Assembly (NCBI GenBank): GCA_942493095.1
Contig: OW818675.1
Coordinates: 2,460,001 to 2,492,000 of the forward strand
Origin: Candidatus Electronema halotolerans
GTDB taxonomy: Bacteria; Desulfobacterota; Desulfobulbia; Desulfobulbales; Desulfobulbaceae
Direction: 5' to 3'
DNA length: 32,000 bases
Below, one piece after another: positions 8,392 to 15,174 of the stretch; position 1 is the first letter of the stretch, and each line of letters starts with the position of its first letter. The notes under the pieces are model-generated. The model was not told the DNA's origin, ran no database searches, and worked only from the letters and a program-made list of their open reading frames with translations. The position numbers and the translations under genes were made by a program.

Positions 8392-8432
8392 CTCTTTTTT
8401 CTCCGTCAGTTGTTATTTGAATGGAACATTTT

Positions 8433-9509
8433 TTACCCCACCCTCACATCCAGCACATCCGCCAGCCGCCCGTAATACTGATCCCGCACCAAATCCAGCA
8501 ACGCGGCATAATCATTCACCCGGACGCTCAGGCTGCTGACCGCCGACCCGGCAAAGCCTTGCAGGGTGTATTCGCCATTCGCCGTGACGGTCACTGCCGC
8601 ACCCGCTGGCCCGTCCTCCTTCATGCCGAGCAGACCGAGAAGCAGGACGCTGTTCCTGATGTCAAAGACTGCCTGAATGCGCAGCATCTCATCCGCTGCC
8701 ACGCTGCCGCCGGTCACACTCGCTAATGGACTGGCAGAATTGCTGCTCAGAATGCCGACTTCCGGCGGATTGGGATGACCGAAATTGCTCAAAGTCAGGG
8801 GTGAACGCAGCCGTCTGCTGTAGATGCCGGTGCGCGGGCTGCCGTGCCCAGTCGGGCGAGTTGAAAGCGAGAGCGTGTATTCGTTGTTGAACGGCGCATC
8901 TTGCGCAGGAATATCCGGGACAAGGACAATGCTTGAATCCGAGATCGGCCCGAACTGCCCCTGCACGGCCTCGCCGCTGCGGGTGCCCCGGATCAGGCAT
9001 TCACAGCCCTCGGCATCCGGGTCGAAAAGCAGATTGCTGCCGGTGAGCTGAAGCACGCCCTTGCTGTAGAGCACATCAGCCAGATGCAGGCGAGTGTCCT
9101 CAGCATTTTCAATCACCGGCCCCTTGATGAGCATGGGCAGCTTCACAAAGCTGGCCTGCTGCTTGATCTCATCCAGAAAAGGCTGGAGCACTCGGACGCT
9201 GACATGCAGGCTCTCATCTGTCGGCGGCAGCGGGTCATCCGGCGACTCCAGCCTGCCGGTGAAGGACAGGCCAAAGGACATCATGCCGTCAATGGTCACT
9301 TGACTGCCGTTGAGCAGTTTTTTCTGAATGACCTGCCGCAGGACAGCCAGCATGGTCTTGGCATCTTCCTCCGTATAGTTTGGATTCTCTTCCGCCATTG
9401 CGGCGGCTATATCGTCGGTTCCGGCTGAGTCGCGGGGCACGAAGCGGATTTTGTAGGACTGAGGAACCGTGAGGACGTTGACTTCGGGCCGCCATTGAAT
9501 TGATGCCAT
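8433..9509 (-). CDS. HU-like DNA-binding domain protein with DUF4469-like Ig-fold domain, plus a C-terminal extension of about 100 aa
   Basis: MASIQWRPEVNVLTVPQSYKIRFVPRDSAGTDDIAAAMAEENPNYTEEDAKTMLAVLRQVIQKKLLNGSQVTIDGMMSFGLSFTG.. resembles Bacteroides-type HU-like proteins. The following ..PVIENAEDTRLHLADVLYSKGVLQLTGSNLLFDPDAEGCECLIRG..IVLVPDIPA..YTLSLSTR.. resembles DUF4469. I chose the ATG at 9509 (GGAG 8 nt upstream). The track start at 9590 lies upstream of the predicted promoter. Confidence 0.6.
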   Translation of the reverse strand: MASIQWRPEVNVLTVPQSYKIRFVPRDSAGTDDIAAAMAEENPNYTEEDAKTMLAVLRQVIQKKLLNGSQVTIDGMMSFGLSFTGRLESPDDPLPPTDESLHVSVRVLQPFLDEIKQQASFVKLPMLIKGPVIENAEDTRLHLADVLYSKGVLQLTGSNLLFDPDAEGCECLIRGTRSGEAVQGQFGPISDSSIVLVPDIPAQDAPFNNEYTLSLSTRPTGHGSPRTGIYSRRLRSPLTLSNFGHPNPPEVGILSSNSASPLASVTGGSVAADEMLRIQAVFDIRNSVLLLGLLGMKEDGPAGAAVTVTANGEYTLQGFAGSAVSSLSVRVNDYAALLDLVRDQYYGRLADVLDVRVG

Positions 9510-9569
9510 AACATGCTCCAATTGCAAAAGGAAAGCTGCGCCAAAAAGAAAGGGGAGGCGATTTTCGGC

Positions 9570-9598
9570 AGCATAATCCTGCGGCATCATTTTGTCAA
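9570..9598 (-). promoter_or_regulatory. Sigma70-type promoter for the HU-like/CBM21-like unit
   Basis: On the minus strand: TTGACA (9598-9593), a 17-nt spacer, then TATGCT (9575-9570). It sits about 60 nt upstream of the ATG at 9509. Confidence 0.55.
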
Positions 9599-9659
9599 GA
9601 ATTTTTTTGCAATGAGAATGATTATCAGGTTGGAAAAAGCATGCCCGATGCGATTTTGT

Positions 9660-9774
9660 CGTTATACGTATAACGAATTTTCCGTTATACGTATAACGAA
9701 TCAGTCGTTATACCTATGATGAATCGGTCGTCATAGGTATCATGGCGCTCTTATGATACCTATGACGGAACAGC
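9660..9774. repeat. Five contiguous 23-bp units, each carrying a 16-bp dyad or related site (operator/iteron/centromere-like array)
   Basis: Units start at 9660, 9683, 9706, 9729 and 9752. U1 and U2 are CGTTATACGTATAACG, a perfect 16-bp palindrome. U3 is CGTTATACCTATGATG, U4 is CGTCATAGGTATCATG and U5 is TATGATACCTATGACG. U5 is the inverted copy of U4 (15/16), which forms a 15-bp perfect inverted repeat at 9729-9743 and 9753-9767. Confidence 0.85.
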
Positions 9775-9823
9775 GATTACAACGTAAGGAAATGTCTGTC
9801 CTTGTCCTTGTCTTGCTTGGCCA

Positions 9824-9870
9824 ACAGGCGCAGGATTCCTGCGCTGCCGCAGATCAAAGCGCGGCAGGAT
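9824..9870 (-). pseudogene. Orphan copy of the 3' end of hoxF, fragment only
   Basis: It matches 5912-5962 (hoxF codons ..ILPRFDLAAAVQESCAC..) in the same orientation. There are 2 substitutions and a 4-nt deletion that breaks the frame. Homology stops abruptly on both sides. Confidence 0.75.
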
Positions 9871-10094
9871 GTTGAATCAGATGCTTGGCGGTCTGATTAC
9901 ATGCCTGCTGCTGGTGATTTACTGCCGGAAGCATTTCAACGAAAAAGTTTCCGCTCTGAATATCCGTATGATACGCTCGAAAATGCAGAATGAATCAATG
10001 GCGGAACTCAATATTGGCGAAAATGGTTTTAGGATGACACCAAGTGTGAAACCGCATGCAAAAAACTAACCGGACACTGCTGATGCCGATCTGT

Positions 10095-11447
10095 CTATCC
10101 TGTAATATTGCAGCCTGCCGCTTCGCTGCACAACTGAACTACCGCCTGACAACGCTCTTCCACGGCCCGGTGGTCTTCGGCTTCAGGCAACCCCTTAGCA
10201 GCCCCTCGGTCGATCATCCTCGCGTGTCGCAACAGCGCAGCGCGGTCCTCTGACCTATGTACGGAACCAGCAACCACAGCAATAGTTTCAAGCAGACGGA
10301 TTGTCACTGCAACGCTGGAACTGCCGTATTGCCGGATCTGATTGAACGCTGCATCCGTGACATCCGGGAACGTGAGGACGGGCGTAATTATCCTAAGATG
10401 CTCCTCAGTGTCATGGCGATAAGGCGACGGCATTTCTCGTTGCGCCAAGCGACACAGTGCCGACCCCAAGCGGTCCACACACGCCATCGCCGTGAACGGG
10501 TCATTCACTCCGGGAGAGAGGGCGCGTATCGCAATTTCGACGAGCTGATTGACCGCGAACTCAATATCCTGACCGGCCCTTCGCTGGTTGCCCAGGGCAA
10601 ACGCTGCATTGACAAGCGCGACAAGCTGATCAGTCACCTTGTTCCCCGGCCAGACCAGCACCAGCGGGCAGGCGGCAACGACATAGTGGCCGGGTCGTCG
10701 CTCCAGTCGAATAACGACATCCTCTTGTATGGCCAACGTCATCAAAGCGTCTCCATCGACGAACTGGAGATAGCCGTCTCCGGCAGAGCCAACCGGACGA
10801 GCTTCCTGCTCAAACGTGTCGAAAAAGCCTGCATCTGGCAGTTTCGTCGGAATCCGTGATGCTCCCTGTCCGATGTTTTCTGGAAACAAGCGCTCCACTT
10901 CCTTGATCAACTCCGTTCCGACCCGCGCCACAATCTCGTTGGCTTGGATAGAAATGGAAACGTGATGGATGAAGTAGATCAACACCCCCACACTCACCAC
11001 TGCGAGCAGCACGCCGAGGGTGACAGACAGGTGAGGGACAAAGGCGATCTCGTCAGCCCGGCGGATGGTGCGCAGGACAAGCAAACAATACAGGAAAGTG
11101 GCGACGAACGTGCCAAGCACCGTTTGGGTCGTGGTGTCGCGCATAAAATTGCGGAGCAGACGGGGGCCGAGCTGTGACGAGGCAAGCGACAGAGCGACCA
11201 AGGTCATTGAGAAAACCACCCCGGCGATAGTGATCATTGATCCGGCAATGGCCCCCAGCAAGGAACTCGCACCCTCTGCTCCGCCGGTGAACGTCCAACC
11301 CAAGTGAAGCGTCAACCAGTCCGTCAGCGGCTCATCCAAGGCGACGGTTGCAAAGGCCAGCACCATCGCCCCGCCGGCCATGACTGCCGGGAGAAACCAG
11401 AAACTGGAACGAACGCGATCCCATGTTTTAAGAAGCAGTAATTTCAT
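10095..11447 (-). CDS. DUF2254-family membrane protein
   Basis: MKLLLLKTWDRVRSSFWFLPAVMAGGAMVLAFATVALD.. is followed by several TM helices and then a soluble C-terminal domain, which is the typical DUF2254 layout. I chose the internal ATG at 11447 over the track start at 11525. Confidence 0.7.
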   Translation of the reverse strand: MKLLLLKTWDRVRSSFWFLPAVMAGGAMVLAFATVALDEPLTDWLTLHLGWTFTGGAEGASSLLGAIAGSMITIAGVVFSMTLVALSLASSQLGPRLLRNFMRDTTTQTVLGTFVATFLYCLLVLRTIRRADEIAFVPHLSVTLGVLLAVVSVGVLIYFIHHVSISIQANEIVARVGTELIKEVERLFPENIGQGASRIPTKLPDAGFFDTFEQEARPVGSAGDGYLQFVDGDALMTLAIQEDVVIRLERRPGHYVVAACPLVLVWPGNKVTDQLVALVNAAFALGNQRRAGQDIEFAVNQLVEIAIRALSPGVNDPFTAMACVDRLGSALCRLAQREMPSPYRHDTEEHLRIITPVLTFPDVTDAAFNQIRQYGSSSVAVTIRLLETIAVVAGSVHRSEDRAALLRHARMIDRGAAKGLPEAEDHRAVEERCQAVVQLCSEAAGCNITG

Positions 11448-11589
11448 GATATAGCTGAAGCAGGATAAAATGCCGCTGTCATCTGTCTCTCCCCCGTCAT
11501 GTCGGCGCGTTGCACGAGCAGACACGGCGGGCGGCAGAAAGAAGGCTCAGATTACACTGCTTCCAATTTCCTGCGAGACGAGACAAGGA

Positions 11590-11611
11590 GAATTCAGGCG
11601 GCAAACAGCTC
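11590..11611 (-). repeat. Orphan copy of the Rpn-gene 3' end and downstream junction
   Basis: GAATTCAGGCGGCAAACAGCTC. The last 19 nt (11593-11611) are identical to 15174-15192, which is the stop codon plus the ..ELFAA codons of the Rpn gene. GAATTCAG also occurs at 15154-15161, so this copy equals the 15154-15192 sequence minus 17 nt lying between two TTCAG repeats. Confidence 0.6.
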
Positions 11612-11641
11612 ACCCGGCAGCGGCCCGAATTGCAGGAGCGT

Positions 11642-14600
11642 TCAGGCAGGGCAGCTCTGCCGCCGTCTCCTCAATCCCTGCCAGCCGCCCAAGAGCAGCA
11701 CTGCCGCCCCCGGTAGCAGCAGCATCCAGATGCCGATTTGCAGGGCCAGCCATGCTGCGCCGGTCACAGGGAGAAGGAGCAGGCGCACAGCAAATCGCAA
11801 TGCGCTGTGCTGGCTGATGACATCAGCAATGTTTGGCGAAACCTGATAGTAGAAATCTACCAAAGCGCGGGTGACAGCGTTGCCGGACAGAAACTGGTTG
11901 CGGAAATCCCGGAGCGTCTGCACCGCCGGGGCAAAGATGGAGCCAAAGGCAGCAGTGGCGACAAAGCAGGAATCACCTGTGCGGAAGCCGACGTGGTTGC
12001 CGTAATAAATGTTGCCCTTGCTGATCGCGTAGGCGCGGGCGTAGAAAAAGGTGCCGGGCTTGAGGTCTTTCAGTTTGCTGCTGAAAGTGCCGTTGCCGCT
12101 GCCTGCGCTGACGTAACCTTCTTCAAGAAAATCGTCGTCCGTGGTATCCGCAGTGCTTGTTGCATCCGACTTGCTGTCCGTGCTGGTGGTGTCGCTTGTT
12201 GTCGTTGTCGTGGAGGTAGTGCCATCGGTTACAGTCTGCGCATAAGCCGTGCTGACAAAAAAATTGCCGACACCTTGCAAGGCTGTGTTGATGACAGGCT
12301 GGAAATTGCTTGCTCCTGGCGGAGGAGGAGTTGATCCATCTGAAACAGTGAAGTCAATCTTTGTGCCGACAGGGCTGGCTTTTCCTGACGTGTTCTGGCA
12401 GCGGACGTAATACTTATAGGGTGAATCATCAGCGGTCAGATTTTTAAGCTCTGCTGAAGAATGACTTGTGCCGTCTGAATCCTTGTCAGCATTCATTTCT
12501 TCAGTCATACGTTCATAATCAATATCATCATCTTTACTGTATTTGCACGTAGCAACGACATCAGTATCGACCTCTATAACCGGATCAGTTGACGAGAAAC
12601 TACTCTTTGTCTTATTGGTAATGACGACAGGAGTTACAAGAAAAGAAATTTCCTTGCTTGCAGAGATATTACCTGCATCATCTTTGCAACGGACAAAATA
12701 GGTGTATTCTTTAGCAGTCAGCGTAAGAGTAGCTGAATGGCTTGTACTGCCAGTGAAGGTTCCAGCCATATCATCATAAGTTGTATCAGTTGTACTGTAT
12801 TTACAGGTTGCCGCCTCGGAAGTTGACACTTTCAAGATGACATCATCATCTGTATTGAATGCCGCAGCAGTTATTTCGCTCACTGTTGGCGGCGTGGTGT
12901 CTGTTCCTGAAGAGCTGTTCACCGTGAAAGAAATCGTGGTGTCTGTTGTGTTCACCGCCTCGCTGGACGTATTCTTGCAGCGGGCATAGTAGGTGTATGT
13001 TGTTCCGCTCGTGAGACCGTCGATAGTCTGTGAATGCGATGTTCCGCCGGTGCTGGAAAAGGTGTAGGTCATATCGTCATAGGCTGTTTCCGCAGCAGTG
13101 TCATACTTGCAGGTCGCGGCAACATTGGTTGTCAAACTCAAGGTTGCAGAATCGCCAGTGACGCTGCTGGAAGTCTTGTTAGTCACTGTTGGCGCGTCTT
13201 CTGTGCCGCTGCTTGTTACGGTGAAAGAAATCACTGTGTCTGTGGTGTTCACCACGCTGCTGGCAGTATTTTTGCAACGGGCATAATACGTATAGGTTCC
13301 AGTCTCAAGATCACTGACAATCTGCGCATGGATTTTTTCCCCTGTGGTGGAAAAGGTGCTGGCCATATCGTCATAAGCTGTTCCGGCATTAGTATCATAC
13401 TTGCAGGTCGCATCAACATCGGTGGTGAGGCTTATTGTGACTGATGTTCCAGAAATGCTGCTGGCCGAAGTATTGGTCACAGTCGGCGCGCCGCTGCTGT
13501 CGGCTGCGCTGCTGCCCTCTTTTGTCGGATTGGGCATGGTGCCGAAGACAAAACCCCGCTCCGTGACATTTGACAGGCTGTTCAATATCTCTCCCGAAAG
13601 AATTGCTGTTGTTCTGGTCACTTCATACGGTTCTCCGGTCAAAACATGCTGATTGCCTGCATCAAGACTGCGGTCTATTTTGTTGACAGCATTTTCTTCC
13701 GTATTTGCATCAGTCAGATATTTGCTCACTGCCGCACTCGACCCTGCCGAGTTAGTGCTCTCGCCCACTATCACCACGCTGTCATTGGAGGCGTTGGCTA
13801 TGGCGGTTGATTTGTCGTCATCACTGAAAATAGTTGTCAGCGTTTCCGTGTTAGCAGATTCCGCTGCCTGCATGGTCACGCTACTGCTGCTCAAATTATC
13901 AGCATCTGCGCTGCCGCCTTTTGTATATGTGATCAGCAGAAAGACCCGTTTTTCATCAACGGTTTTAAAACCGGCAGCCGCGATCTTTTCGCCGACCTCA
14001 GCCGCATCGTAAAGCACATCATCACCCTTGCCTGCTGAAGCGACCAGAGCACCGTTGTTCTCAAAGCTGCTGTCCGGCTGACCTTCCGCCGTGAAGCGGA
14101 ACAAGGCCGCATCGCGCTGACCTTCCTCACCGACTGCGCCCGCCACCAATATCTTGTTGTCTTCCGTGACAAACATGCCGTAGCCTTCGCTGAAGGTGCT
14201 GCTGTCTGCTGGGACCGCAATGCCTTTCTCGCCAAAGGTATTGTCCAACTGCCCGGCAGCATTAAAACCGAGCAGCATCAGGCCCCGCTTCTTGCCGTCG
14301 CTGTACGAGCCGGAGACTAAAATCCGCCCGGTTTTGCTCAGAGCCACGCTCTCCGCCTGCGCATCCACGCCTGTCATGCTGAGAGAAAAACCGTCATTGG
14401 CAAACGAGGTGTCAAGAGTGCCGTCGGCCTTGTAGCGGGCCAGCACCACGACCCTGCCGTTTTTGCCCTGCGCCGCACCGGTGATGACAATGCTGCCGTC
14501 TTTCTGCACCGCCATGTCGGTGATTTCATCGTTGCTGCTGCCCACTGCGGTGACGGTCATGCCTTCCAAACCAAAATCGCGGTCAAGGCTGCCGTCGCTG

Positions 14601-15013
14601 TTGTAGCGGACAAGGGCGAAATCACGATTTTCACCGTTATTGGTGTAGCCGCCGGCAAGGATTTTGCCGTCTTCCTGAAGAGCCAGCGTCAAGGCCTCGT
14701 CGTCGTAGGAGCCGACTGCCGTGGTGACTGTGCCGTCATAGTTGAAATTCTTATCCAGCTCGCCATTTGGCTGGAGACGGAAGAGCATGAAATCCTTGTC
14801 CGCCGTGCTGGTCGAGGAGCCTGCGACCAAAATCTTGCCGTCCGGCTGGGACAGCACCGCATTGGCCCGGCTGCCATAGATGCCCAGTTCCACTGCCACC
14901 CGGCCATCCTCGCCAAAATTGGGATCAAGAGTGACAGCGGCGGAAGCCTCGGAGAACAAGGCGGCGAAGAAAATCAAGCAAAGGGTCAGTAGCTGGACGG
15001 GACGGATATTCAT
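11642..15013 (-). CDS. Large secreted/surface repeat protein (1123 aa) with four parts: delta-60-repeat beta-propeller-like region, four tandem Cys-containing Ig/FN3-like domains, a Thr/Ser-rich linker, and a C-terminal CF(V/I)ATAA(F/Y)GS-type anchor-like domain
   Basis: The signal peptide is MNIRPVQLLTLCLIFFAALFSEASA|AV. I chose the ATG at 15013, with AGGAG 11 nt upstream. About six repeats of ..LD.NFG.DG......A.A...Q.DGKILVAG.. match the delta-60 repeat pattern. Four units of ..ATCKY....Y..M......SHS.......Y.YY.RC.N.. follow. The C-terminus reads DSCFVATAAFGSIFAPAVQTLRDFRNQFL...YYQVSP.., then a hydrophobic stretch and RRRR. Confidence 0.8.
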   Translation of the reverse strand: MNIRPVQLLTLCLIFFAALFSEASAAVTLDPNFGEDGRVAVELGIYGSRANAVLSQPDGKILVAGSSTSTADKDFMLFRLQPNGELDKNFNYDGTVTTAVGSYDDEALTLALQEDGKILAGGYTNNGENRDFALVRYNSDGSLDRDFGLEGMTVTAVGSSNDEITDMAVQKDGSIVITGAAQGKNGRVVVLARYKADGTLDTSFANDGFSLSMTGVDAQAESVALSKTGRILVSGSYSDGKKRGLMLLGFNAAGQLDNTFGEKGIAVPADSSTFSEGYGMFVTEDNKILVAGAVGEEGQRDAALFRFTAEGQPDSSFENNGALVASAGKGDDVLYDAAEVGEKIAAAGFKTVDEKRVFLLITYTKGGSADADNLSSSSVTMQAAESANTETLTTIFSDDDKSTAIANASNDSVVIVGESTNSAGSSAAVSKYLTDANTEENAVNKIDRSLDAGNQHVLTGEPYEVTRTTAILSGEILNSLSNVTERGFVFGTMPNPTKEGSSAADSSGAPTVTNTSASSISGTSVTISLTTDVDATCKYDTNAGTAYDDMASTFSTTGEKIHAQIVSDLETGTYTYYARCKNTASSVVNTTDTVISFTVTSSGTEDAPTVTNKTSSSVTGDSATLSLTTNVAATCKYDTAAETAYDDMTYTFSSTGGTSHSQTIDGLTSGTTYTYYARCKNTSSEAVNTTDTTISFTVNSSSGTDTTPPTVSEITAAAFNTDDDVILKVSTSEAATCKYSTTDTTYDDMAGTFTGSTSHSATLTLTAKEYTYFVRCKDDAGNISASKEISFLVTPVVITNKTKSSFSSTDPVIEVDTDVVATCKYSKDDDIDYERMTEEMNADKDSDGTSHSSAELKNLTADDSPYKYYVRCQNTSGKASPVGTKIDFTVSDGSTPPPPGASNFQPVINTALQGVGNFFVSTAYAQTVTDGTTSTTTTTSDTTSTDSKSDATSTADTTDDDFLEEGYVSAGSGNGTFSSKLKDLKPGTFFYARAYAISKGNIYYGNHVGFRTGDSCFVATAAFGSIFAPAVQTLRDFRNQFLSGNAVTRALVDFYYQVSPNIADVISQHSALRFAVRLLLLPVTGAAWLALQIGIWMLLLPGAAVLLLGGWQGLRRRRQSCPA
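12338..13489 (-). repeat. Four tandem coding repeats of about 290 nt (88-101 aa domains) inside the large surface-protein gene
   Basis: Repeats 1 and 2 (ORF-track aa 543-640 and 641-741) are highly similar: APTVTN(T/K)(S/T)(A/S)SS(I/V)..(S/A)(V/T)(T/L)(I/L)SLTT(D/N)V(D/A)ATCKYDT...TAYDDM...YTYYARCKNT. Repeats 3 and 4 are more diverged but keep the CKY...Y..M...SHS...Y(Y/F)VRC pattern. Confidence 0.85.
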
Positions 15014-15174
15014 GATCAGACATCTCCTGCGGGGATGGAATTTTTTCTTCAGCATAGCCGATTGATGAAAAAATGACAACGTCCTGCCCCGGCAGTCTGT
15101 TTCCCGAAGCTGCAAATCTTTTGTGGAACATGATACAGGCAGGCCGCTGCGCTGAATTCAGTTCCGGCCCGCTT

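Noticed and set aside
9660-9774. Possible CRISPR array
   Set aside because: The units are contiguous 23-mers with no unique spacers between repeats. The repeats are too short, they are dyad-symmetric in two families, and no cas genes are present.
9869-10069. 66-aa plus-strand ORF with a hydrophobic N-terminus (MLNQMLGGLITCLLLVIYC..)
   Set aside because: Its ATG is created by the end of the orphan hoxF fragment, it has no usable SD spacing, and it matches no recognisable family. It is probably a chance ORF in a rearranged intergenic region, though it cannot be excluded.
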